This document shows positions 8,601 through 16,018 of a stretch of 32,000 nt of DNA, in pieces. The notes beneath the pieces were generated by a model. It saw only the letters and a program-made list of their open reading frames with translations, made no database searches and was not told where the DNA came from. Location: positions 241,471 to 273,470 of the forward strand of contig CBDBTV010000017.1 of the NCBI GenBank assembly GCA_965211855.1, in the 5' to 3' direction. A program made the position numbers and the translations under genes. This DNA is from Rickettsiaceae bacterium. GTDB taxonomy: Bacteria; Pseudomonadota; Alphaproteobacteria; Rickettsiales; Rickettsiaceae. Positions within the stretch are counted from its first letter, which is position 1. Each line of letters opens with the position of its first letter.

Positions 8601-10327
8601 AATAATTTCAATGCATCATCATTATTTGCTGCTGCAACGTTACCAATCTGAGCTGTCACTTCAATTGTTTTACCGTTTGTAGCTGAGTTTACAACAATAC
8701 TACCTGTTCCAGTCGCAGCTGTTTTTGTTGTTACTACTTTATTAATATTAACATCTTTGTCTTCAGTCAGTTTAAGAACACCATCTTCTGCAAAATCAAT
8801 GCCGTTATTTGTGTTCATATCATTTTTAGTAACTTCTAAAGTTTTTGCTGCATCAAATTTTATTTGATTGATTGCGTTACCAGCATTAGTACCAATGTTA
8901 CCATCAATTTTTGAATCACCTTTAACAGATAATGAACCTGTATTAGGAGTAGATGTAATAACATTACCTGTAATTGAAGAGTTTTGATATAGTTCAAGAA
9001 CATTTGCTTGACCTATTGCTGAAAGGTCTACAGTTGATGCGTGTATACTCTTGTTATCCATTAATTTTACAGTTGTTGCTGCTCCAGCCGCATTTGAAGA
9101 GATTTTAACAGAATTAAGAGCCTTACCTTGAGCACCGATGTTTGAATGAATTTCAAAGTTAGCGGACTTAATGTCTAATTTACCAGTACCATTGTTACCA
9201 CTAGTTGTTACATTTTCCACATACAATTTTGAATCATCTTCTTGGATTGTAAGAGTCTTATCAGCGCTGAAATTAATTTCTGCTAAAGATTTGCCATTTT
9301 CACCAAAGCTTCCTTGGTAATTCGTGTCTTCAGCAAGAACAACTTTACCTTTTTTATCTGTCACTGTAACAATATTAGTTTTAACAGTAGCAGCGTTGCT
9401 GAACTTTAGTACAGCATCAGCATGAGTCAATGTTGTTTTTGTTGCAGTAAAGTCTGTTGTATTTGCTAAATCAACAATTCCTGCTCCTTCAAGCTCAACA
9501 GAATTTAATTTTGTACCGTCACCAATTTTTTGTGCATTAACAGTTGATTTTCCTTTAAATTTCAAAGAGCCTTTATCGTCAACAGAACCTTTAATATTAT
9601 CAGAAGTGATGTTTGCATCGTCAGCAACAATAGTAGATGCACCAGAACCAATTTGGATTACTTTAATATTTGAATTTTTTGCTAAAGTAGCATTTTTATT
9701 ATCTTTAACGTCTAAAGTGCCAACAGCTTGAGCACCTGTCCCAATTGTGTTATCAAACGTAACATTACCGTTTATCTCAATTGTTGAATTATTAGTACCA
9801 TCATCAATTATAGCTTCGCTTAATGTTGTATCAGCATTAACTACTAATTTTGCACCACCAGCACCACCGCCAAGAGTAACAGGTCCTAAGTGTGTGAATA
9901 CACCACCTGTAGCCACAGCTCCGCTTGCATTCAAACCTGCGTTTTTATCTAAGGTTAGAGTTCTGTTATTCCCGACAGTAGTAACTAGTTTTTGATTTCC
10001 TCCTGAGTTTATAACCGATGACACAGATGCATCATTACCAACAGTAAACACTCCAGCATTTTTATTGTTAAGATCAATAGTGTGAACAGTTACAACACCA
10101 CCTGTACTTAAAGTGTGATTTCCAAGATAGCTTAGAGAGTCACCATCATTAAAATTTGCGCCTGCTGGAGGATTAGCAGTATCGACAATACCTACACCAC
10201 CACCATTTGTAATAGTAGCGCCAGCATTTATTTGTTTTAGATTAGCAAAAGAACTGCTTGCACTTGCAGAAACTGCTACAACTGAAGCGGTTGCTAGTAA
10301 CTTTTTAAGAAAGTTTGAATTCGTCAT
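5630..10327 (-). CDS. ompB: Surface-cell-antigen (Sca) family autotransporter, most like rickettsial rOmpB/Sca5. It has a signal peptide, a beta-helical passenger of about 1250 aa, and a C-terminal beta-barrel translocator.
   Basis: 1565 aa. The signal peptide is MTNSNFLKKLLATASVVAVSASASSSFA. The passenger is rich in G/T/N/V and built from degenerate repeats (...IG....L..V.F...KTLT...). The last ~300 aa (GVAAGEGDHTMYGAWVSPFY...GATLGFDTQAN...KSGDKTKGDTFAFSIYG...) end in HQGTLKVRVNF. I recall that as the rOmpB beta-peptide terminus. The terminal aromatic residue is typical of OMP barrels. Confidence 0.9.
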   Translation of the reverse strand: MTNSNFLKKLLATASVVAVSASASSSFANLKQINAGATITNGGGVGIVDTANPPAGANFNDGDSLSYLGNHTLSTGGVVTVHTIDLNNKNAGVFTVGNDASVSSVINSGGNQKLVTTVGNNRTLTLDKNAGLNASGAVATGGVFTHLGPVTLGGGAGGAKLVVNADTTLSEAIIDDGTNNSTIEINGNVTFDNTIGTGAQAVGTLDVKDNKNATLAKNSNIKVIQIGSGASTIVADDANITSDNIKGSVDDKGSLKFKGKSTVNAQKIGDGTKLNSVELEGAGIVDLANTTDFTATKTTLTHADAVLKFSNAATVKTNIVTVTDKKGKVVLAEDTNYQGSFGENGKSLAEINFSADKTLTIQEDDSKLYVENVTTSGNNGTGKLDIKSANFEIHSNIGAQGKALNSVKISSNAAGAATTVKLMDNKSIHASTVDLSAIGQANVLELYQNSSITGNVITSTPNTGSLSVKGDSKIDGNIGTNAGNAINQIKFDAAKTLEVTKNDMNTNNGIDFAEDGVLKLTEDKDVNINKVVTTKTAATGTGSIVVNSATNGKTIEVTAQIGNVAAANNDDALKLLQARGGADIKLSTANVAIKKIDIESQDSSLILNAAGGDFLINNFSHSDGQGTLKLDENATLKAGTNLSSGAKNTLKSVDLGNNKTLTVEDGVNIYTSSADGNGIKSNTAGSGKLIVQGDSIIAGPVGASNGIGGIDVTGANKTATFHDKVNLVADGGLGTDGKLTISKDATAVLGSEFIGTEIIGAGVGEGTVKFANNVALAGDTKIQSKIGATQLETVEIAGKDITFSDATFDTQNLKFSSNGNTTATFDGFAAGDELRNTTITTTSTTRQHHITLTKGQNQTFDQKVGTEQNKFGNFVLAGDDTITVNEEFYAGVINSKAQEGTVTIAKDGGVALNLGTKDSELKAVNVNENATIYEGVWSKDVAVAAGKTATFKSSISGTNTLNLGNNSVADFTGKNATLDISVTSTNASEGALKFSDGANINKKIGSSGKRIDKVDFVGTDSAAITNINANINADNITVSNQTLRATQNIELNGTTAFNDGSFINLGTNKLTLKNGNARVTGTSGVNVTLNSDKVIGFILVDATGGATNLDTSGATKLLISVDDSIAMLPVTDEEYTLIATANGGTATPIGANVEVNSTGNNFVDWSLTSGGKLVRKNVASTALTNIIGNSDKELLQDALQFVNTDNKGKAAEYASELARMDNNRLKESIARSSEQNSVHAVEIANSLLESTNAAINNRMGAFSNHPQPGVQLASQGVSGVAAGEGDHTMYGAWVSPFYNQTTQKARGSRAGFKSSTYGATLGFDTQANADLTVGVAGTYAKSDVKHKNFKSGDKTKGDTFAFSIYGIQQLTNNWFLQGHAAYATTRMKNSEKRITATTSETARSEFDVTSYNAELLAGFNYSMGEAVVTPLVGASYTRINNSGYTETGTTNQNLTVSSKATNKFDAVVGLRGQMTTEMNGINVTPEIHGFVRHDLIGKDSKTTAKISGMANSLTPKSAKAIKTTFNVGLGVNAVSGMYEYGAGYDLFAANKTIGHQGTLKVRVNF

Positions 10328-10601
10328 GATTTTTCCTATTTAGTTTTTGTTTATTAAATTATCCAATGGTTCTTTATCTATGACTCAAAAGCAGATAAAA
10401 AGTTGGGGGCTGCTATTGAAAATAAGGTAACCAAAATCACGCATGCGATCCTAACACTATACATATAAGTTTAGCAAGAATTAACTGATGTTAACTTCGG
10501 CTTTTTTTTGTGAGTTGCATAAAAGTCACGCCTTTAACTGCCTTTGTTTACAGGGTTTTTCATATGTTTTGTATGGTGAAAATTACGGGGAAATTTGTTG
10601 C

Positions 10602-10630
10602 TTGCAAAATTTGTATAAGTGACGTATAAT
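10602..10630 (+). promoter_or_regulatory. Candidate sigma-70 promoter for rpoZ
   Basis: TTGCAA (10602-10607), a 17-nt spacer, then TATAAT (10625-10630). It ends 40 nt upstream of the rpoZ ATG. This is sequence pattern only. Confidence 0.5.
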
Positions 10631-10670
10631 TTTGCTCTGTAAATAAATTAAATTAGCACGGTTTTAAAGT

Positions 10671-11060
10671 ATGGCTAGAGTAACAGTTGAAGACTGCGTC
10701 GAAGAAATTCCAAATAGATTTGAATTAGTAATTTTGGCATCTGAAAGAGCTAAGAGTATTAGTTCTGGTGCTCCTCTTACTGTTGACCGTGATAATGATA
10801 AAAATCCTGTTATAGCTCTGCGTGAGATAGCAACTAAAAATATCGATCCCGAAGTACTTAGAGAGTCACAAATTGTTGGTTTGCAAAAGAACAATAAAGT
10901 TGATGAAGCTCCAGAAGAAAATCTTTATGCTGAAGCTCAGGAGTCCGCTCCTGAAGAAGTTGACTATTCTTCTGCGAATGAAGATATCTTTTCTCAAGAA
11001 ATTGATGTTTCTCCAGAAACAGAGCCAGATTTTGGTAGTAGTTTTTCTGAAGAAGATTAA
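10671..11060 (+). CDS. rpoZ: DNA-directed RNA polymerase omega subunit with an acidic C-terminal tail
   Basis: 129 aa. [30 protein letters not shown] is the canonical RpoZ N-terminus. Confidence 0.93.
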   Translation: MARVTVEDCVEEIPNRFELVILASERAKSISSGAPLTVDRDNDKNPVIALREIATKNIDPEVLRESQIVGLQKNNKVDEAPEENLYAEAQESAPEEVDYSSANEDIFSQEIDVSPETEPDFGSSFSEED

Positions 11061-11175
11061 GCAATTTTTGTCAAACTGGTTGGGTGACTTGCTGCATATC
11101 CATGCTGATGCGCAGTGATGATCTATCGACTATGTTGAAAGATTAATCAAAAATAATTTTAATTTAGCATTTGCC

Positions 11176-11228
11176 ATGACAAACGAATCATGCTCAGTTG
11201 TCATAGCGAGCGAAGTGCGTCTATACAG
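11176..11228. repeat. Partial copy of a palindromic (RPE/MITE-like) repeat
   Basis: atgacaa (11176-11182) and ttgtcat (11198-11204) form an inverted pair, followed by tagcgagcgaagtgcgtctatac. It shares the exact G+C-rich 9-mer tagcgagcg (11204-11212) and the ...tctat end with the copy at 11432-11468. Confidence 0.55.
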
Positions 11229-11292
11229 TTTAACATCGAGTTATGTTGAGGAGTATTAAGTCAGAAAATTGTCATGTCGACTTTAGCTTCTT

Positions 11293-11330
11293 GAAGGTAA
11301 CAAATAAATTATAATATAATTGTTACCTTC
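11293..11330. repeat. Perfect 11-bp stem hairpin inside the rpoZ-permease spacer
   Basis: gaaggtaacaa (11293-11303) and ttgttaccttc (11320-11330), with a 16-nt AT-only loop. Confidence 0.6.
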
Positions 11331-11388
11331 TCGAGTGAATGTACAGCGATTCTCTTTTTCAACTTATATGTTTATGGTGTGCTAAGCT

Positions 11389-11468
11389 GGTAGATTGCCT
11401 CGTCACTTTGTTCCTCCCAATGACAAGGCATGCGTCACCTAGCGAGCGTTAGCGTGGTAATCTATTGT
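11389..11468. repeat. Imperfect palindromic element of about 80 bp (RPE/MITE-like)
   Basis: The left arm is ggtagattgcctcgtcactttgttcctcccaatgacaagg (11389-11428). The right arm is gcgtcacctagcgagcgttagcgtggtaatctattg (11432-11468). The outer ends are complementary (tagattgcc.cg / cg.ggtaatcta), as are the inner ends (atgaca / gtca). The segment is visibly more G+C-rich than its surroundings. Confidence 0.6.
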
Positions 11469-11720
11469 TTCAGTATTTTTGCAAGGACAAGCTAATAGGT
11501 TGCTATGCAGCCTAAATTCTTTGCAAGTAGCTTGAAGGCTATAGATTGTCATATTGCACCTTATAGGTGATGATTCTTATCTACGAGAAGTCAATGTGTA
11601 TTGTGCAGCATTATCTTGATTTGTATATCATGTTGGATGTGCATAATCTTAATATTGTAACCTTGTCTGTAGTGCCATATACTAAAACAAAGTAGCGAAG
11701 AGTTAGTTTGGGTAATTATT

Positions 11721-12653
11721 GTGGCGATATTTACAACCATTTTTTTCAAAATATTTGGAGTACTGCTAACGGTTTTGCTTGGATTTATGGCTGGAAAATG
11801 GGGCAACGTAAAAAAAGACGGAATTGCATCTCTACTATTCTATTTTGTTGCACCAATCGTATATTTCGCAATTCCTGCTAGTGCCTCGTTAAAAGTAAGT
11901 GATTTGGGGATAACTTTAGTTTCTTTTATAATAACTTCTTGTTTGTCGTGCTTTGCTTTTTGGAGTTATGGTAAGCTATGGAAAGATAATAGAGTAAATA
12001 TCTTGGCTTTTTCTGCTGGGACATGCAATGGTGGTTATTTAGGCATACCAATAGCCGCAATGATTTTTGATGAACATACCTTAAGTATTTTTGTGTTAGC
12101 TACAATTGGTGTTGCTATATATGAAGCTGTAGTTGGTTTCTATTTTTGTTCGAGAAGTAATGCAAATGTCTATGATAGTATTATTAAGATTATAAAATTA
12201 CCGATTTTAAATGCTTTTATTGTTGGTTGCGCTATTGGTTTGAGTGATTTTTCTTTTCCAGATTTTCTTGATGAATTTATCAGCGATATGCGTGGTACAT
12301 TTGCATTACTTGGGATGGTTTTGATAGGTCTTGCTCTTGCGAATGCTGAAAATATGAAGTTTAATTATAAATTCGCTGGAGCAACTTTTTTTAGCAAATT
12401 TATAATTTATCCTTTGGCTTTTAATGCTTTTATAGTTGCTGATAGATTTTTTCTTGGTTGGTATGGTGTTAATTATCATAATGCTCTGCAGCTGTTGTAC
12501 TTAATGCCTCTTGCGACCAGTACAATTCTTTTATCATCTTTATTTAAGCTTTATCCTGAAGAAATGGCAGCGTCAGTGTTATTAGCAATGCTATTTTCTC
12601 TTATTTATATACCCGCAATGAGTAGCTTTTTGTTGAATGATGTTGTGAGCTGA
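11721..12653 (+). CDS. AEC-family (auxin efflux carrier / MdcF-like) membrane permease
   Basis: 310 aa, about 10 hydrophobic segments. The N-terminus ...IFFKIFGVLLTVLLGFMAGKWG..K.DG...L..FV..IA.P and the overall architecture are typical of PF03547-type transporters. The ORF opens with GTG, and an internal ATG at codon 23 is an alternative start. Confidence 0.7.
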   Translation: MAIFTTIFFKIFGVLLTVLLGFMAGKWGNVKKDGIASLLFYFVAPIVYFAIPASASLKVSDLGITLVSFIITSCLSCFAFWSYGKLWKDNRVNILAFSAGTCNGGYLGIPIAAMIFDEHTLSIFVLATIGVAIYEAVVGFYFCSRSNANVYDSIIKIIKLPILNAFIVGCAIGLSDFSFPDFLDEFISDMRGTFALLGMVLIGLALANAENMKFNYKFAGATFFSKFIIYPLAFNAFIVADRFFLGWYGVNYHNALQLLYLMPLATSTILLSSLFKLYPEEMAASVLLAMLFSLIYIPAMSSFLLNDVVS

Positions 12654-12707
12654 GTTATCATTTTAGAGTTAATTTATTTGTAAAATATTGGCGCTATTTT
12701 AGAAGGG

Positions 12708-14852
12708 GTGTTTGTGGAGATTCAAGAAGTTATCAATAATTATAAATCATATGGAACTTCTATTGATGAGTCGGTTGTAAAGAAAGCAATTGAATTTGCG
12801 ATAAAATATCATGGTTCGCAAAAGAGAGCTTCTGGTGATCCTTATTATTACCATCCATTGCAGGTTGCGGAAATTATAGCACAAATGCGACTTGATTCTG
12901 ATTCTATAGTAACAGCGATATTGCATGATACTATAGAAGATACCGACCTTACTTTTGAAGATATTGAGAAGCATTTTAGTCCTGATGTAGCTAAGCTTGT
13001 TGATGGTGTAACAAAGTTAAATAAGATAGAGTTTAAGGCTGATACGACAAGACAAGCTGAAAATTTTCGCAAACTATTACTTGCAATGAGTGATGATATT
13101 AGAGTGCTTTTAATCAAGCTTGCTGATCGCTTGCATAATATGCGCACTATTGATTATATATCAAAGCCTGAAAAGAGAAAGAGAATCGCCCTTGAGACTA
13201 TGGAGATATACGCTCCTTTAGCTGAAAGAATTGGGATTCAGCAGATTAAAATTGAATTGCAGGATATTTGCTTTAGAGTTTTAAATCCTGAAGTTAGAGA
13301 GTCCATCATTAACAGATTTGATAGCATTGAGAGTGATAAAGGAAATTATGTTGATCAAATTATTAAAGAGATCAAGAAAACGGTTGAAAATGGAGGAATA
13401 AAAGCTGAAGTATATGGCAGAAGAAAGACCCCGTATTCAACTTGGATAAAAATGAAGCAGAAGGATGTAGGGCTTGATCAATTATACGATATTATAGCAT
13501 TTAGAGTTATTGTTAAGGATGTAGAGGATTGTTACAAGGTGCTTGGTATTATCCATAGTGCCTATAAAATGGTTCCAGATAATTTTCAGGATTTTATAAG
13601 TACACCGAAAGGAAATGGTTACCAATCGTTACATACTGTGGTTATGGGGCCATTAATGCAAAAGATTGAGGTGCAGATTCGTACTCAAGAGATGCATGAT
13701 ATTGCAGAGCTCGGAGTAGCAGCGCACTGGCGATATAAGCAGGGGCATGATGATAGTTCTGATGGCAGTAAATATACATGGATTAGAGAGCTTTTATCCA
13801 TTTTAGAGCAGACTGCTGCACCAGATGAGTTTTTACAAAACACAAAATTAGCAATGTATTATGATCAGGTGTTTTGCTTTACGCCAAAAGGAAACTTGAT
13901 TGCTCTGCCGAAAGGTGCAACCACTGTAGATTTTGCTTATATGGTGCATTCTGATGTTGGTAATTCATGTGTCGGTGCAAAGGTTAATGGGCGTATTGGG
14001 CCTCTTCGTACTCAGCTAGTAAATGGTGATCAAGTTGAGATTATAACTTCAAAAAACCAAACTGCTTCACCGTCTTGGGAGAAGTTTGTTGTTACTGGTA
14101 AAGCAAGGTCAGAAATTCGTAAAGTAATACGTAGTCAGCAATATGATCAATATGTAAAGCTTGGTCGCAATATTATTAGCAAAGCCTTAAAAGTTGCTGA
14201 AATTCCAGATGAAACAAAAGCTCTAGAAAAGGCTAGTAAGTTTTTTAATAAATCGCTTAATGATTTGTTATTTGCTATAGGCGAGGGGACTATTACTAGA
14301 GAAGAAGTGGTAAAACAAGTTCAGCCGAAAAAGAGTAAATTTAGTTCTACATTATCTTTGCTTAAGTTTAAAAGAAAGAAAACTCCTGCTGAATCTCAGG
14401 AAAATTCTGTTCCTATTAAGGGTTTGATTTCAGGAATGGCAATGCATTATGCCAAATGTTGCCATCCTTTGCCTGGGGATAAAATTGTTGGTGTTATTCA
14501 TACAGGAAGTGGTGTTACTATTCATACTTCTGATTGTGAAATGTTAAATAATTTTGCAGGAATGCCAGAGCGTATTATTGACCTTACCTGGGATAGCAAT
14601 ACTTCAAATATTCCATTCATCTGTCGGGTTAGTATTGTATTGCTTAATGAAGTTGCAGGTCTTTCTGTAATATCGACAGAAATAGCAAGAGATGGTGGTA
14701 ATATAATTAATTTTAAAATTACAAGTCGTAATCCTGACTATTTTGAAATGATATTTGATATAGAGGTTGAATCTTTGGAACATATTGAAAAAATAATTAA
14801 TTCCTTGCGTACAAAAAAAGTGATTCAGCACGTAGAAAGAACTAAATATTAA
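12708..14852 (+). CDS. spoT: Bifunctional (p)ppGpp synthetase/hydrolase (long RelA/SpoT homologue: HD, synthetase, TGS and ACT domains)
   Basis: 714 aa. HD hydrolase motifs: HGSQKRASGDPYYYHPLQVA...AILHDTIEDT...DRLHNMRT. Synthetase motifs: GRRKTPYSTWIKM...DIIAFRVIV...PKGNGYQSLHTVV...EVQIRTQEMHDIAELGVAAHWRYK. TGS motif: VFCFTPKG..I.LP.GAT..DFAY.VH. It starts at GTG 12708 or GTG 12714, just after GAAGGGG. Confidence 0.93.
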   Translation: MFVEIQEVINNYKSYGTSIDESVVKKAIEFAIKYHGSQKRASGDPYYYHPLQVAEIIAQMRLDSDSIVTAILHDTIEDTDLTFEDIEKHFSPDVAKLVDGVTKLNKIEFKADTTRQAENFRKLLLAMSDDIRVLLIKLADRLHNMRTIDYISKPEKRKRIALETMEIYAPLAERIGIQQIKIELQDICFRVLNPEVRESIINRFDSIESDKGNYVDQIIKEIKKTVENGGIKAEVYGRRKTPYSTWIKMKQKDVGLDQLYDIIAFRVIVKDVEDCYKVLGIIHSAYKMVPDNFQDFISTPKGNGYQSLHTVVMGPLMQKIEVQIRTQEMHDIAELGVAAHWRYKQGHDDSSDGSKYTWIRELLSILEQTAAPDEFLQNTKLAMYYDQVFCFTPKGNLIALPKGATTVDFAYMVHSDVGNSCVGAKVNGRIGPLRTQLVNGDQVEIITSKNQTASPSWEKFVVTGKARSEIRKVIRSQQYDQYVKLGRNIISKALKVAEIPDETKALEKASKFFNKSLNDLLFAIGEGTITREEVVKQVQPKKSKFSSTLSLLKFKRKKTPAESQENSVPIKGLISGMAMHYAKCCHPLPGDKIVGVIHTGSGVTIHTSDCEMLNNFAGMPERIIDLTWDSNTSNIPFICRVSIVLLNEVAGLSVISTEIARDGGNIINFKITSRNPDYFEMIFDIEVESLEHIEKIINSLRTKKVIQHVERTKY

Positions 14853-14967
14853 TTTAGATTTAGTGGATATATTATCGTAATTAAAGGCTTTGAATATAGC
14901 TATTTTATCTTCAAAATATCAAAAGATTTCTAGGCTGATGCTCATAATGATTTGTAGTTTTTCTGTA

Positions 14968-14980
14968 GTTGTAAATTTAC
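14968..14980. repeat. Left copy of the direct repeat (target-site duplication) flanking the IS
   Basis: gttgtaaatttac is repeated exactly at 15945-15957. The outermost bases overlap the IS ends (ccc/ggg), so the true duplication is roughly 9-13 bp. Confidence 0.8.
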
Positions 14981-15945
14981 CCGAACTGTGGATAAGCGAT
15001 TTCATTTTATAAATTGTTCTAAAGATGGCTTATCAGTACGAAGCTGATAGTTTATTAGTCCAGCAAATAAGTGACAAAATGCATTTATTGGAGATCTATG
15101 TCTACTATGTATCAAGGTGTTTAACGACTTTATAGATGAGAAGATTGTTTCTATAAATGGACGTTTCATTAACATCATTTTATCATTTATATCCATTAGA
15201 CAATTCTTCATATTTTTTCTGATTTTAGTGATTAAAGTTGTACCCTGTTCAAATAATTCAGTGAATAATTTTTTGGAGATATAACCTTTATCACCAATAA
15301 GTTTGCAAGAGATATCTTTTAGCATTTGCTTTACTGGAGACCTGTCATCTACATTCCCGCTAGTAACATGCATGCGTACAATTTCTCCGTGACTATTAAA
15401 AATAAAGTGCAACTTAAAGCCAAAGAACCAACCAGTTGAAGTCTTACCTTTTCCAGCTAAGTCTTTAAAAACTTTATGACGTTTCTCTCGCAGCCTATGG
15501 CATACAACCATTGGAGTAGAGTCGATAAACATGTATTCAGTTATCTTACCCTCAAGGGATTTTAACATGCATAATACAGCAGGAAAGGCTAGCTTTATCA
15601 ATGATATAAAGCGATCATAATGGACTAAGTAATTGAATAAATTTCTGTTATTTCTCATAAGTTCTAAGTAAAAATATTTAAAGCAAGCCATACCAGATTG
15701 ATGGAAAGCTATTAAGATTGTTATTATCTCCGATAAGCTCATACTGCTTGGTCTATTACGTTTTCTTAAACCGCTAGTAAGAAGAGACTTTTTGTACCAA
15801 TTTTCAAATCCTTTATAAAAATCATCGACAAAGCAGAACAAAGTATCGTAGTCTATATTCATTGGGGTACTCTTTAGTTGTTTAAAAAAGCCAGAATACC
15901 CCAATACCAACTACTATGCAGCTTTTTTGTTATCCATAGTTCGGG
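14980..15945 (-). mobile_element. IS982-family insertion sequence, apparently intact (about 965 bp)
   Basis: The terminal inverted repeats are cccgaactgtggataa (14980-14995) and ttatccatagttcggg (15930-15945), matching 15/16. They enclose a single DDE transposase ORF. The element is flanked by the direct repeat gttgtaaatttac. Confidence 0.88.
15002..15862 (-). CDS. IS982-family DDE transposase
   Basis: The ORF track gives 15002-15910. The likely start is the internal Met (MNIDYDTLFCFVDDFYK...) at 15862, preceded by AAGAG. FIDSTP..., LIGDKGY and RPFIETIFSSIK are the D, D and E regions typical of IS982/IS4-like transposases. There are no internal stops. Confidence 0.88.
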   Translation of the reverse strand: MNIDYDTLFCFVDDFYKGFENWYKKSLLTSGLRKRNRPSSMSLSEIITILIAFHQSGMACFKYFYLELMRNNRNLFNYLVHYDRFISLIKLAFPAVLCMLKSLEGKITEYMFIDSTPMVVCHRLREKRHKVFKDLAGKGKTSTGWFFGFKLHFIFNSHGEIVRMHVTSGNVDDRSPVKQMLKDISCKLIGDKGYISKKLFTELFEQGTTLITKIRKNMKNCLMDINDKMMLMKRPFIETIFSSIKSLNTLIHSRHRSPINAFCHLFAGLINYQLRTDKPSLEQFIK

Positions 15946-15957
15946 TTGTAAATTTAC
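15945..15957. repeat. Right copy of the direct repeat flanking the IS
   Basis: gttgtaaatttac is identical to 14968-14980. Confidence 0.8.
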
Positions 15958-16018
15958 ATCTTGAAAACTGTACAAAAATCTAATATTCTAGGTTTTACAC
16001 AGAAAAAAAGAGGTCATT

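Noticed and set aside
5676-9995. Seven plus-strand ORFs of 63-166 aa inside the autotransporter gene (5676-5867, 6708-7208, 7233-7637, 8010-8255, 8316-8651, 9747-9995 and others)
   Set aside because: They lie antisense to a very well supported 1565-aa gene. Their translations are low-complexity (rich in P/S/L/V/A) with no motifs. The repetitive G/T/N/V-rich codon usage of the sense strand simply depletes antisense stop codons.
10400-10412. tmRNA-like 5' motif (ggggctg) in the ompB-rpoZ spacer
   Set aside because: No tRNA-like acceptor/T-arm partner and no tag reading frame follows. It is an isolated short match.
10664-11118. ORFs 10664-10894 (-), 10858-11064 (-) and 10873-11118 (+) overlapping rpoZ
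   Set aside because: They are alternative-frame or antisense shadows of the confidently identified rpoZ and have no motifs.
11381-11398. tRNA-like D-arm sequence gctaagctggtagattgc
   Set aside because: It has no matching D-stem pairing, no acceptor stem, and no T-arm (GGTTCGAATCC-like) nearby. It is part of the palindromic repeat arm. I found no tRNA signature elsewhere in the window.
15961-16018. Search for an SOS/LexA operator upstream of umuD
   Set aside because: Only an isolated CTGT half-site is present (aaCTGTacaaaaat, 15968-15971). There is no CTGT-N8-ACAG (gamma-type) or GTTC-N7-GTTC / GAAC-N7-GAAC (alpha-type) arrangement. I cannot claim LexA control.
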